From positions 1 through 51,995 of the forward strand of contig JBFGLT010000003.1 of assembly GCA_041576015.1 (NCBI GenBank): DNA of 51,995 bases. Reading direction: 5' to 3'. The position numbers were made by a program, and so were the translations under genes. The first letter of the stretch is position 1. Each line of letters opens with the position of its first letter. Positions 17,542-27,414 of the stretch are shown here, in pieces. The stretch comes from Acidimicrobiales bacterium. Its GTDB lineage: Bacteria; Actinomycetota; Acidimicrobiia; Acidimicrobiales; SZUA-35. The notes under the pieces are model-generated. The model had not been told where the DNA came from. It was given only the letters and a program-made list of their open reading frames with translations, and ran no database searches.

Positions 17542-20500
17542 ATGGAGCGCGGCTGGCAGTTCTGGATCGATCGGGGCGGCACCTTCACCGACGTGGTGGC
17601 CCTGGAACCAAGTGGCCGGACGCTCACCCACAAACTGCTGTCCGACAACGAACGGCGGTATGCCGATGCCGCCGTGCAGGGCATACGCGATCTGATCGGT
17701 GTCGGTCCCGGCGAGCCGCTTCCGGCCGGCCTGATCGACTCGGTGAAGATGGGGACGACCGTGGCCACCAACGCCCTCCTCGAGCGAAAGGGCGAGCCGT
17801 TGGTGCTGGTGACGACGGTGGGCTTCGCCGACGCCTTGCGCATCGGCTATCAGGCCCGCCCCGACATCTTCGCCCTGGACATCGAGCTCCCCGAGATGCT
17901 CTATGACCGGGTGATCGAGGCCGATGAGCGCCTGGCCGCCGACGGGAGGGTGTTGAAGCCGCTCGATGCCGAGCGGTTGGGTCGGGACCTCCAGGCCGCG
18001 TTCGACGACGGGCTTCGCGCCGTGGCTGTCAACTTCATGCACGGCTACCGCCACCGAGCGCACGAGGCCGAGGCGGCGGCGATCGCCCGGCGTATCGGGT
18101 TCCCTCAAGTGTCGGTGAGCCATGAGATCTCGCCTCTGATGAAACTGGTGTCCCGCGGTGACACCACGGTCGTCGATGGCTATCTCTCTCCGGTGCTACG
18201 CCGGTACGTCGATCGTGTGGCGTCGACGCTCGACGCTGGCGGTGCCGGCCCGACGCTGATGTTCATGCAGTCGAACGGGGGACTGGCCGACGCCCACGCC
18301 TTCCAGGGCAAGGATGCGCTGTTGTCGGGACCGGCCGGCGGTGTGGTCGGGATGGTGCGCACCGCTCGAGCGGCCGGCTACCACCGGCTCATCGGATTCG
18401 ACATGGGTGGGACATCCACCGATGTCTCCCATTTCGCCGGCGAGCTGGAGCGCACCTACGAGACCCAGGTGGCCGGTGTTCGGGTGCGGGCGCCGATGAT
18501 TGACATCCACACGGTGGCCGCCGGCGGTGGGTCGGTTCTCCACTTCGACGGCAGCCGCTTTCGGGTGGGGCCAGACTCCGCCGGCGCTGACCCCGGACCG
18601 GCGTCCTATGGCAACGACGGACCCCTGGCAATCACCGACTGCAACGTCGTGCTCGGCCGGCTGCGCCCGGAGTTCTTCCCCGCGGTCTTCGGTGCGTCGG
18701 GCGACCAACCGCTGGACCTCGGTGTGGTGCGGGCTGGATTCGCCGAGCTGGCATCGCAGATCGAGCAGGCGACCGGTGTCGAGCAGAGCGCCGCATCGGT
18801 CGCCGAGGGGTTCCTCGCCATCGCCATCGAGAACATGGCCAACGCCATCAAGAAGATCTCGGTTCAGCGGGGGCACGACGTCACCGACTACACGCTGGTC
18901 TGCTTCGGGGGAGCCGGCGGCCAGCACGCCTGCGGAGTAGCCGACCGGCTCGGGATGTCTCGCGTTCTGATCCACCCGCATGCCGGTGTCCTGTCGGCGG
19001 TCGGGATCGGTCTGGCCGACGTCCGCAACGTCGTCGACGCTGCGATCGAGTCAGTTCTCGACGCGGGCTCGGTCGCTTCCCTGGAGCCGCGATGGCTGGA
19101 GCTCGAGCGCCAGGGCCGGGCCGTCGTTCTCGGCCAGGGCGTCGCCGCCGCCGACATCGGCATCGCGAGGCGGCTCAATCTGAAGTACGCCGGCTCGGAC
19201 ACGACGCTTCGGGTTCCGGCGGGGAGCGTCGACCAGATCAGCTCGGCGTTCGAGCAGACCCACCGGGCTCGATTCGGGTTCGTCAGCCCCGACACGCCGC
19301 TCGTCATCGAGTCCGTCCAGGTTGAGGTGATCGGAGCCGCCGGCTCGAGCATCGAACCGATCGCGCGCACCACCGATCGGACTCAGTCCCATGCCCGGGT
19401 GGGGCAGTATCCGGTGATCTTCGCCGGCGAGCGCATCGAGACGCCGTTCCTTCGTCGGGACCGACTCGCTCCTGGCGCATCGGTCAGTGGGCCGGCGGTC
19501 GTGCTCGAGGACACCGCGACCACGGTCGTCGAGCCGGGATGGGAAGCCACGGTCACCGAGCTCGGCGACCTCGTGATCGAGCGGGTCGAACCCCTGCCGG
19601 ACCGGGTGGCGATCGGCACGACGGTCGACCCCGTCCAGCTGGAGATCTTCAACAACCTGTTCATGAACATCGCCGAGCAGATGGGTGTCGTGCTGGAGAA
19701 CACCGCGGCGTCGGTGAACATCAAGGAGCGACTCGATTTCAGCTGCGCAGTGTTCGACCCAGGCGGTGACCTGATCGCCAATGCGCCGCACATGCCGGTC
19801 CACCTCGGTTCGATGAGCGAGTCGATCAAGTCGATCATCCGGAACAACCCCCACATGCGACCCGGCGAGGTCTATGTGATGAACGCGCCGTACAACGGCG
19901 GTACCCACCTCCCCGACATCACGGTGATCAAGCCCGTCTTCGATGCCGCCGGGTCGGCGGGGGAGCCGCCGATCTTCTTCGTCGCCTCCCGTGGGCACCA
20001 CGCCGACGTCGGCGGCACGGTGCCCGGCTCCTCGCCGGCCGACTCGACATCGGTCGAACAAGAGGGTGTGCTGCTCGACAACGTGCTCCTCGTCGCCGGC
20101 GACCGGTTCCGGACCGAGGAGATCCGCCGCCTGCTGACCGGCGGGCCCCATCCGGCCCGCAATCCAGAGCAGAACATCGCCGACCTCAAGGCGCAGGTGG
20201 CGGCGTGTGAGAAGGGGATGGCCGAACTTGAACGGGTCATCGAGCACTACGGCCTCGACGTCGTCCACGCCTACATGGGTCACGTGAAGGACAACGCCGA
20301 GGAATCGGTGCGCCGGGTGATCGGCGCCCTGAGCGACAGCTCATTCGCCTACGCGATGGACGACGGCTACCGCGTCGAGGTGGCGATTTCGGTCGACCCC
20401 GACGAGCGGTCGGCCAGGATCGACTTCACCGGCACCAGCTCGACCCATCCGGGCAACTACAACGCCCCGTCGGCCATCGCCCACGCCGCAGTGCTGTACG

Positions 20501-21159
20501 TCTTCCGGTGCCTCGTCGACGACGACATACCACTGAACGCCGGCTGCATGAAACCGATCCGGGTCGTCCTACCCGCCGACAGCATGATCAACCCGTCCTA
20601 CCCGGCGGCGGTGATCGCCGGGAATGTCGAGACCAGTCAGGTGATCGTGGACACGCTCTTCGGGGCGGTCGGTGTCATGGGCGCTGCCCAGGGAACGATG
20701 AACAACTTCATCTGGGGCAACGATCGGCATCAGTACTACGAGACGATCTGCGGAGGGGCGGGGGCGACGGCCGCCGCCGACGGATGTTCTGCCGTCCACA
20801 CCCACATGACCAACAGCAGACTGACCGACCCCGAGGTGCTCGAATGGAGATATCCGGTGGTGCTCGAGACCTTCCATGTGCGAACCGGATCCGGTGGAGC
20901 GGGCTCCCACCGGGGCGGCGACGGGGTGGTCCGCCGCCTTCGCTTCGAGGATTCCATGGAGATCAACGTCCTGGCCGGTCACCGGCGGATCCCGCCCTAC
21001 GGTGCCGCCGGCGGCGCATCGGGCGCCGTCGGCCACACCCGCAAGATCGGCGCCGACGGGACCGTGACCGAGTTCGGGGCTACGGCCCAGACGACCGTGT
21101 CACCCGGTGACCGGTTCGAGATCGAGACGCCCGGCGGAGGAGGATTCGGACGTGGTTGA
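17542..21159 (+). CDS. Fused hydantoinase A/B / ATP-dependent 5-oxoprolinase family enzyme
   Basis: IDRGGTFTD, DMGGTSTDV, NIKERLDFSCA, HMPVHLG, GGTHLPD and ETPGGGG motifs; about 1205 aa. Confidence 0.92.
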   Translation: MERGWQFWIDRGGTFTDVVALEPSGRTLTHKLLSDNERRYADAAVQGIRDLIGVGPGEPLPAGLIDSVKMGTTVATNALLERKGEPLVLVTTVGFADALRIGYQARPDIFALDIELPEMLYDRVIEADERLAADGRVLKPLDAERLGRDLQAAFDDGLRAVAVNFMHGYRHRAHEAEAAAIARRIGFPQVSVSHEISPLMKLVSRGDTTVVDGYLSPVLRRYVDRVASTLDAGGAGPTLMFMQSNGGLADAHAFQGKDALLSGPAGGVVGMVRTARAAGYHRLIGFDMGGTSTDVSHFAGELERTYETQVAGVRVRAPMIDIHTVAAGGGSVLHFDGSRFRVGPDSAGADPGPASYGNDGPLAITDCNVVLGRLRPEFFPAVFGASGDQPLDLGVVRAGFAELASQIEQATGVEQSAASVAEGFLAIAIENMANAIKKISVQRGHDVTDYTLVCFGGAGGQHACGVADRLGMSRVLIHPHAGVLSAVGIGLADVRNVVDAAIESVLDAGSVASLEPRWLELERQGRAVVLGQGVAAADIGIARRLNLKYAGSDTTLRVPAGSVDQISSAFEQTHRARFGFVSPDTPLVIESVQVEVIGAAGSSIEPIARTTDRTQSHARVGQYPVIFAGERIETPFLRRDRLAPGASVSGPAVVLEDTATTVVEPGWEATVTELGDLVIERVEPLPDRVAIGTTVDPVQLEIFNNLFMNIAEQMGVVLENTAASVNIKERLDFSCAVFDPGGDLIANAPHMPVHLGSMSESIKSIIRNNPHMRPGEVYVMNAPYNGGTHLPDITVIKPVFDAAGSAGEPPIFFVASRGHHADVGGTVPGSSPADSTSVEQEGVLLDNVLLVAGDRFRTEEIRRLLTGGPHPARNPEQNIADLKAQVAACEKGMAELERVIEHYGLDVVHAYMGHVKDNAEESVRRVIGALSDSSFAYAMDDGYRVEVAISVDPDERSARIDFTGTSSTHPGNYNAPSAIAHAAVLYVFRCLVDDDIPLNAGCMKPIRVVLPADSMINPSYPAAVIAGNVETSQVIVDTLFGAVGVMGAAQGTMNNFIWGNDRHQYYETICGGAGATAAADGCSAVHTHMTNSRLTDPEVLEWRYPVVLETFHVRTGSGGAGSHRGGDGVVRRLRFEDSMEINVLAGHRRIPPYGAAGGASGAVGHTRKIGADGTVTEFGATAQTTVSPGDRFEIETPGGGGFGRG

Positions 21160-21601
21160 CTACCGGGACCGCTACTTCGAGGACTGGACCGAGGGCGAGA
21201 TCGTCGAATCCGGCCCCCACCTCATGACCGAGGAGCGCATGCGGACCTTCGCCGAGGAGTTCGATCCTCAGCCCTTCCACATCGACCCGGCGGCCGCCGC
21301 CGAGACCCTCTACGGAGGGATCATCGCCAGCGGCTGGCACACCGGTTCGGTGCTGATGCGTCTGCTGGCGACGTTCCTCGGTCCGTCGAGCATGGGATCA
21401 CCGGGCGTCGACAACCTCCGATGGCACCTTCCCGTTCGCCCCGCCGACGTGCTGCGGCTCCGCGTGCATGTACTCGAGAAGAGAGTCTCATCCTCTCGGC
21501 CGGAGCGGGGCATCATCCGCTGGCACCACGACCTGCTGAACCAGCACGATCAGGTCGTGATGTCCCTCGACGCCGTCCTGTTCATCCAGCGGAGGCCCTG
21601 A
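21152..21601 (+). CDS. MaoC-family dehydratase (hot-dog fold)
   Basis: FDPQPFHID and IASGWHT motifs; GTG start after GGAGGAGG, overlapping the previous stop. Confidence 0.88.
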   Translation: MVDYRDRYFEDWTEGEIVESGPHLMTEERMRTFAEEFDPQPFHIDPAAAAETLYGGIIASGWHTGSVLMRLLATFLGPSSMGSPGVDNLRWHLPVRPADVLRLRVHVLEKRVSSSRPERGIIRWHHDLLNQHDQVVMSLDAVLFIQRRP

Positions 21602-22593
21602 TGCGGGTGTTCCTGACCCACAATCCCGAAGACCGCCGCGCCTACTACGGGCGGGCGTTGCCCGAGCTGGCGGCGATCTGCCAGGTTGTGGAGAACCCGC
21701 TCGATCGCGATCTCAGTACGGGGGAACTCATCGACGCCGCCCGAGACTGTCAGGTGATCGTGGCCCACCGATCGACGCCCGGCGAGGCGACGTTGTTCGA
21801 GCACCTCCCGGACCTGGTCGCCTTCCTGCGCTGCGCCGTCGACATCAGCACCATCGATGTCGAGGCCGCCGACCGTCACGGCGTCCTGGTGGCACGAGCG
21901 GCCAAGAGCTTCGTCCCCTCGACCGCTGAACTGGCAGTGGGACTCCTCATCGACGTTGTCCGCAACATCAGCGCGTCGACCGTCGACTACCGGCGCGGTT
22001 TCGAACCCCCGCAGCGGCCCGGCCGGCAACTGCGGGGCCAGACCGCCGGCATCATCGGCTACGGCGCCATCGGGTCCTACCTCGCCGGACTGCTGCGGGC
22101 GCTCGGGATGACCGTCGTCGTCCACGATCCCTTCGTGGAGATCGACGACGAGGAGATCTCCCAGGTCGACCTGACCGGCCTCCTGCAGACCGCCGATGCG
22201 GTCTTCCCGCTCGCTCCCGCCGAGCCCGCCACCGAGAACCTCATCGGCGCCGGCGAGCTGGCGGCGATGAAGCCGGGCTCGATTCTCGTCAACGTCTCGC
22301 GGGGAGAACTGCTGGACGAGGGTGCGGTCTTGACCGCCCTGGAATCGGGCCATCTCGGCGGCCTCGGCATTGACGTCGGCCGGGCGCCGGACCAGCGGCC
22401 CTCTCCGGCACTGGCCACGCATCCACGTGCTGTCGCCACGCCTCACCTCGGTGGCCTGACCCCCGAGAACGCCGATGCCCAGGCGGAAAGCAGCGTCGAG
22501 CAGGTGGCTGCGATGATCGAGGGCCGGATGCCGCCGCGAACGGTCAACCCGGCCGGTGCCCGGCGGCTGCGGACGTGGTGGGACCGGCGATGA
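21601..22593 (+). CDS. D-isomer-specific 2-hydroxyacid dehydrogenase family protein
   Basis: GIIGYGAIG, NVSRG and TPHLGG motifs; TGATG coupling. Confidence 0.88.
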   Translation: MRVFLTHNPEDRRAYYGRALPELAAICQVVENPLDRDLSTGELIDAARDCQVIVAHRSTPGEATLFEHLPDLVAFLRCAVDISTIDVEAADRHGVLVARAAKSFVPSTAELAVGLLIDVVRNISASTVDYRRGFEPPQRPGRQLRGQTAGIIGYGAIGSYLAGLLRALGMTVVVHDPFVEIDDEEISQVDLTGLLQTADAVFPLAPAEPATENLIGAGELAAMKPGSILVNVSRGELLDEGAVLTALESGHLGGLGIDVGRAPDQRPSPALATHPRAVATPHLGGLTPENADAQAESSVEQVAAMIEGRMPPRTVNPAGARRLRTWWDRR

Positions 22594-23402
22594 GCGCGCT
22601 GCTCCCACGCGGTGGCTGCGACACCCACCTCCATTTCTACGATCGGCGATACCCGAGCAGCCCAGCAGCGGTGCTCCACCCGCCCGACGCCTCGGTGGAG
22701 GACTACCGGAGCGTCCAGGCCGAACTCGGTCTCGACCGGCTGGTCGTCGTGCAACCCACGACCTACGGCCTCGACAACTCCTGCCAGCTGGCTGCCCTCG
22801 CTCACTTCGGGGAAGCGGCCCGCGGAGTGATGGTCATCGACGCAGACGCCGTCCCTGCGGAGCTGTCGAGACTCGGCGATGCAGGCGTCCGGGGAGCTCG
22901 GTTCCACATGCTTCCGGGCGGCGCCGTGGGTTGGGATCATCTCGAGCCGGTGGCGGCGCTGATCGCACCCCTCGGCTGGCACATCCAGCTCCAGCTCAAC
23001 GGCCGGGAACTGACCGGCCGGGTTGCCCGTCTCCTGTCGTTGCCGTGCGAGGTGGTGATCGACCACGTCGGACGCTTCATGCCGCCTGTCGAGCTGGACC
23101 ATCCGAGCTTCCAGGCGCTGCTTCGGCTGCTGGACTCGGGCCGGGCCTGGTGCAAGTTGTCGGCTCCGTACGAATCCTCGACCACCGGCCCGCCACATTA
23201 CGCCGATCTCACCCCGCTGGTGGACCATCTCGTCGCCCGCGTCCCCGAGCGCCTGCTGTGGGCGTCGAACTGGCCCCATCCCGGCCAGGCCGACCCGCCG
23301 ACGGCCACCGACCTCGCCGCCTTGCTGGCGCGGTGGCTTCCCGATCCCGACCTGCGTCGGCGGGTGCTGGTCGACAATCCCGCCACCCTCTACGACTACT
23401 GA
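22590..23402 (+). CDS. Amidohydrolase-2 family lactone-acting enzyme (LigI/galactarolactone isomerase-like)
   Basis: CDTHLH, VQPTTYGLDN, DHVG, KLSAPY and WASNWPH motifs; ATGA coupling. Confidence 0.82.
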   Translation: MSALLPRGGCDTHLHFYDRRYPSSPAAVLHPPDASVEDYRSVQAELGLDRLVVVQPTTYGLDNSCQLAALAHFGEAARGVMVIDADAVPAELSRLGDAGVRGARFHMLPGGAVGWDHLEPVAALIAPLGWHIQLQLNGRELTGRVARLLSLPCEVVIDHVGRFMPPVELDHPSFQALLRLLDSGRAWCKLSAPYESSTTGPPHYADLTPLVDHLVARVPERLLWASNWPHPGQADPPTATDLAALLARWLPDPDLRRRVLVDNPATLYDY

Positions 23403-23416
23403 CAAAGGAGTCACCC

Positions 23417-24193
23417 ATGCCCGCATCCAGCTATGCGACCTACCCTTCGCTGGTCGATCGGACCGTCTTCGTCACCGGGGGCGCCGGCGGCATCGGACAG
23501 GCCCTCGTCGAACAGTTCGCCGGCCAGGGAAGCCGGGTCGGTTTCGCCGACATCGACGCAGAGAACGCAGCCGTCACCCTCGAGCGCTGTGCGGCGATCA
23601 ATCCCCGGCACCAGCCACGGTTCTACGAGGTCGATCTGGTCGACATCGACCGCCTGAGGCAGGTCATCGACCAGGCGATCGCCGATCTCGACGGGATCAC
23701 CGTGCTCGTCAACAACGCCGCCAGCGACGACCGTCACACGTGGGACGAGATGACCCCCGAGTACTGGGACAATCGCCTCAATACGAACCTGCGGCATTTC
23801 TTCTTCGCCATCCAGGCCGTCGCTCCGCAGATGATCGAGGCGGGCAACGGCTCGATCATCAACATCGGCTCGAGCAGTTACATGATGCAGGAGGACTTCT
23901 TCCCCGGGTATGCGATCGCCAAGTCCGGGGTCGAGGGGATCACCCGCACGATGGCGCGGACCTTCGGCCCCCACAATGTTCGGGTCAACACCGTCTTGCC
24001 CGGCTGGGTGGCCACCGAGAAGCAGCTGACAGCGTGGTGGACCCCCGAGGGCGAAGAGGGGACCATGCGGGATCAGGCGATCAAGCGCCGGATCTACCCG
24101 GACGAGTTCGCCCAGATGGTGTTGTTCCTCGCCGCCGACGACGGCGCCGCCTGCACCGCTCAGCAGTTCCTCGTCGACGGCGGCCGGTTCTGA
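23417..24193 (+). CDS. SDR-family oxidoreductase resembling aldose (D-xylose) 1-dehydrogenases
   Basis: YPSL..TGGAGGIG, NNAA, YAIAK and PGWV motifs; RBS AAGGAG. Confidence 0.82.
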   Translation: MPASSYATYPSLVDRTVFVTGGAGGIGQALVEQFAGQGSRVGFADIDAENAAVTLERCAAINPRHQPRFYEVDLVDIDRLRQVIDQAIADLDGITVLVNNAASDDRHTWDEMTPEYWDNRLNTNLRHFFFAIQAVAPQMIEAGNGSIINIGSSSYMMQEDFFPGYAIAKSGVEGITRTMARTFGPHNVRVNTVLPGWVATEKQLTAWWTPEGEEGTMRDQAIKRRIYPDEFAQMVLFLAADDGAACTAQQFLVDGGRF

Positions 24194-24235
24194 CGCTCTC
24201 GGGTGGCGCGGTGGACCCGGTCCGGCGGTGAACGG

Positions 24236-25024
24236 TCAGTCGGTCATAGGCTCGAGGTACTCCATCACCTGGAATACCGCCCCTTGGCGATCGGCCAGGA
24301 CGGCGAACGGGCCCATCGGGGTGGGAGCGGTTGGCTTGATCACGGACCCGCCTAGTTCGACCACCCGGCGCTCGACGGCGGCGCAGTCGTCGGCGGTGAA
24401 GTAGATCGACCAGCTGTCAGGGACCTCGCCGCCCATGCCGGCCGGTCGGCCGAGCATGCCGGCGACGTTGTCGTCGCCGGACTGGAACACGGTGTAGGTG
24501 ATGTCGCCGGCCGGAGCGGCGACCGCCTTCCACTCGAAGACGGCGTTGTAGAACCGTTCGGCGCCCTCGGTGTCCCGGGTCATCAGCTCGAGCCAGCTGA
24601 CCGCTCCCGGCGCCATCGACAGGTACGGAGCATCGGGCTCGGGTCCGCCCGAGATGAGGGCGAACATCGCACCCGTCGGATCGGCGATCACCGCGACCTG
24701 GGCCCCACCGGGGATCGGGAACGGCTCGGCCAGAACCGTTCCGCCCGCCTGCCGCACGCTGGCGACGGTGCCGTCCATCGAATCGACGAGGAGGAACGCC
24801 GTCCACATGGCCGGCGCTCCGGCCATGTCCGGGCTCTGGGCCATCATCCCCCCGACTTCCCGTTCATCGATCGACGCTACGTAGTAGTCGCCCATCTCGG
24901 TCGACTGTCGGGTCAGAGTCCAGCCGAAGAGGTCGGCATAGAACCGGCGTGCGTCGTCGATGTCGCTGGTCGTCAGATCGGCCCAGCTCAGCGTTCCGTT
25001 GCGTATCGCTCCCATGATGTCCAT
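24236..25024 (-). CDS. VOC/glyoxalase double-domain protein (CFP32-like)
   Basis: Two repeats of W.DL/W.EL...FY..(L/V)F.W...D..GA.F. Confidence 0.85.
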   Translation of the reverse strand: MDIMGAIRNGTLSWADLTTSDIDDARRFYADLFGWTLTRQSTEMGDYYVASIDEREVGGMMAQSPDMAGAPAMWTAFLLVDSMDGTVASVRQAGGTVLAEPFPIPGGAQVAVIADPTGAMFALISGGPEPDAPYLSMAPGAVSWLELMTRDTEGAERFYNAVFEWKAVAAPAGDITYTVFQSGDDNVAGMLGRPAGMGGEVPDSWSIYFTADDCAAVERRVVELGGSVIKPTAPTPMGPFAVLADRQGAVFQVMEYLEPMTD

Positions 25025-25068
25025 CCTCCAGCGTGTAGGTCGACGCTACGACGGCCGGCCGACGTGGA

Positions 25069-26604
25069 CTAGGGCCGGGGGACCCTTGCGAGGGCCGCCT
25101 TGGAGGCCGAGCTCCGGAGCCCGGTGGCCGCGACGGCTGCCACCGCCAGGCACAGTGCCCCGCCGAGGAAGGTCTCGGCGAGCGCCGAGGAGCCGATGTC
25201 CCTCGCCGCATCGACGAGAGCCGTCTCGTACCCTTCTTCGCCGGCTGCCGGGAGCACCACGTCGGCTCGTAGCACGTTGTACCGATGGAGCCCCCAGGCG
25301 GTCAGGCCGGCCAAGCCGACGCTGAACCCCATCAATCGGAACATGATCACCAACCCGGCCGCGGTCCCTCGGTTGGTCTCGTCGGCGGCATCGACGAGCG
25401 CCGCGGAGGTCGGGGCCAGCGTGAGGCCCACGCCGGCGCCGACCGCCGCCAGCTCAACGCCCATCGCCAATCTCGACAGATCCCGATCCCACGTGAGACC
25501 CATGACGGCCAGTCCGGTGCCGCCGATCACCAGGCCGGCGACCGTGGGGAGGGCCAGTCCGGCACCGGACGCGATCCGGCCTCCGGCGTAGGAGGCGGCC
25601 GCCATCGTGGCTGTGAAGGCGGTCAGGAGCTGCCCGGCGAGGAGCGCTGTTCGGCCGATGCCCGCGGTCTCCACGATGTTCAAGAAGAGGGGAACGTTCA
25701 CCAGCGTGACCACGACGCCGGCGCCGACGAGGGCATTCAGGACGCTGCCGGTCAGCGGACGGCGGGTGAGGAAGTACCTCAGATCCATCACCGGTTCGTG
25801 GTCGGGGTCGGCGGCCCGCCCTCGTTCCAACCAGACCAGGCCGGCGAAGGCGGCCAGCGCAACGGCGTACAGCCAAGGTCCGGCCAGATCCGAATCCGAG
25901 CCGCCCGTCAGCTGGTCAAGTCCCGAGATGGTTTGGATCCTGGCCTCGCTAAGCAGGGCGACGTTGAGGGCGATGAGCCCGAGGGTGAGCAGGCCGGCCC
26001 CCCACCAGTCGATGCGCCGGGTCCTCGTGTGCGGTGCCGGATCGAGCACCCGCCATCCCAGCGCCATCCCGATAAGGGCCAGCGGGACGTTGAGCCAGAA
26101 CTGCCACTCCCATGTGAGATACCGGACGAGCAGCGCGCCGTAGAGGGGGCCCCACACCCAGCCGAGGGTTTCGATCGCCCCGAGCACGCCGAGCGCCCTG
26201 GTGCGCCGTCCGCCGGTGAACAGGTCGGCGGTCACGGCCAGCGCCACTGGCACGAGGGCCCCGCCACCGATGGCGCTGAGTGCCCGCCCCACCAGGAGCA
26301 CGCCGAAGGAGTCGGTGCTCGGCACGATCACCGATCCGACGAGGAACACCCAGAGCGCAGAGATGAAGACCGCCCGCCGGCCGAACAGATCGCTGAGCCG
26401 GCCGGCGATTGGGATGGCGGCGATGTAGGCGATGAGGTAGACGTTGACGATCCAGGCGGTGGCATCGAGGTCGTTGGGGATCACCAGGCCGACGTCGTCG
26501 ATGATCGGGCGGAGCATGGTGGAGACGACCATGAGGTCGTCGGCGGCGACGAAGACACCGAAGGCCACGACCACGAACGCACCGGGGGATCCGAGGTGTC
26601 GCAC
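25069..26604 (-). CDS. MFS transporter, Rv1410c (P55)-like
   Basis: Many hydrophobic segments; WIVNVYLIAYIAAIP, GRLSDLFGRR, ALAVTADLF, GPLYG and FWLNVP segments resemble Rv1410c from memory; lies 1 nt downstream of the lipoprotein gene. Confidence 0.8.
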   Translation of the reverse strand: MRHLGSPGAFVVVAFGVFVAADDLMVVSTMLRPIIDDVGLVIPNDLDATAWIVNVYLIAYIAAIPIAGRLSDLFGRRAVFISALWVFLVGSVIVPSTDSFGVLLVGRALSAIGGGALVPVALAVTADLFTGGRRTRALGVLGAIETLGWVWGPLYGALLVRYLTWEWQFWLNVPLALIGMALGWRVLDPAPHTRTRRIDWWGAGLLTLGLIALNVALLSEARIQTISGLDQLTGGSDSDLAGPWLYAVALAAFAGLVWLERGRAADPDHEPVMDLRYFLTRRPLTGSVLNALVGAGVVVTLVNVPLFLNIVETAGIGRTALLAGQLLTAFTATMAAASYAGGRIASGAGLALPTVAGLVIGGTGLAVMGLTWDRDLSRLAMGVELAAVGAGVGLTLAPTSAALVDAADETNRGTAAGLVIMFRLMGFSVGLAGLTAWGLHRYNVLRADVVLPAAGEEGYETALVDAARDIGSSALAETFLGGALCLAVAAVAATGLRSSASKAALARVPRP

Positions 26605-26605
26605 G

Positions 26606-27310
26606 TCAGCCGATTGACGCCAGGGCGGGGATGGTGATGGTCACCGCCACCCCGTAGTCGGTGATGGTCAAGACCCAGCTCGTGAGTTCGTCGCCATCGC
26701 CGACGTCGAAGGTCACCACGCCGATCTCACCGGTCTCGGCGTCGATGAGGAGGTCGACGACCGACGCCTCGTCGACCAACCCGCCGGTCAGCACGCCGAC
26801 CCGTTCAGCTCCGACGGTGCCCCGCACCCGGTACCGGCCGTCGGCGTCTGGCTTGGGCTCGACGAGCTCGGGATCTTCCAGCCCGGTCGAGAGCAATGCG
26901 CTCCATCCGACCTCGGGGTCGAACAGGATCGTCGGATCGAAGGTGAACGACTCCGGTGCAGCCTCCCAGGCCCCTGTCAGCGGGTTGGTGAACCAGACCT
27001 GCCCGTCGACGGCCACGGCACCGACCTCGGTGTTGAGGCCGAGCGCCCGGACTCGGAGGATGGCATCGGCCCGCGACGGAGCGGCATAGCGGCCGTCGGC
27101 GGACTGGAAATCGATCAGCCCGTCCGTGTCGATGAACACGGATGCGCCGGACTTCTCGATCGTGAACGCTGCGCTCTGGACCCCGGCCATCGCAGCACTC
27201 GAAGCGGCGAGCACGGTGTCGATGTCCCCGTCGATGGCGTTCCACTCGTCCCCACCCCTACAGCCGGTCACCGCCGGCCACACGATCAACAACGCCAGCA
27301 GGGCTCTCAC
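26606..27310 (-). CDS. LppX/LprAFG-family lipoprotein (LprG-like)
   Basis: Signal peptide with lipobox VTGC, FDP..LFDP..G, and C-terminal DYGVAVTITIP; GTG 27310 preceded by TACAGT at a 7-nt gap. Confidence 0.75.
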   Translation of the reverse strand: MRALLALLIVWPAVTGCRGGDEWNAIDGDIDTVLAASSAAMAGVQSAAFTIEKSGASVFIDTDGLIDFQSADGRYAAPSRADAILRVRALGLNTEVGAVAVDGQVWFTNPLTGAWEAAPESFTFDPTILFDPEVGWSALLSTGLEDPELVEPKPDADGRYRVRGTVGAERVGVLTGGLVDEASVVDLLIDAETGEIGVVTFDVGDGDELTSWVLTITDYGVAVTITIPALASIG

Positions 27311-27414
27311 CCCCTCGACTGTATGCCGCCCATCTCGCTCCGGGTGGCAGCCTCCCACCGACGGACCAGGGTGAGAGATTGCCTGCCGGCCACACGCGTT
27401 GGCACGATGACGGA

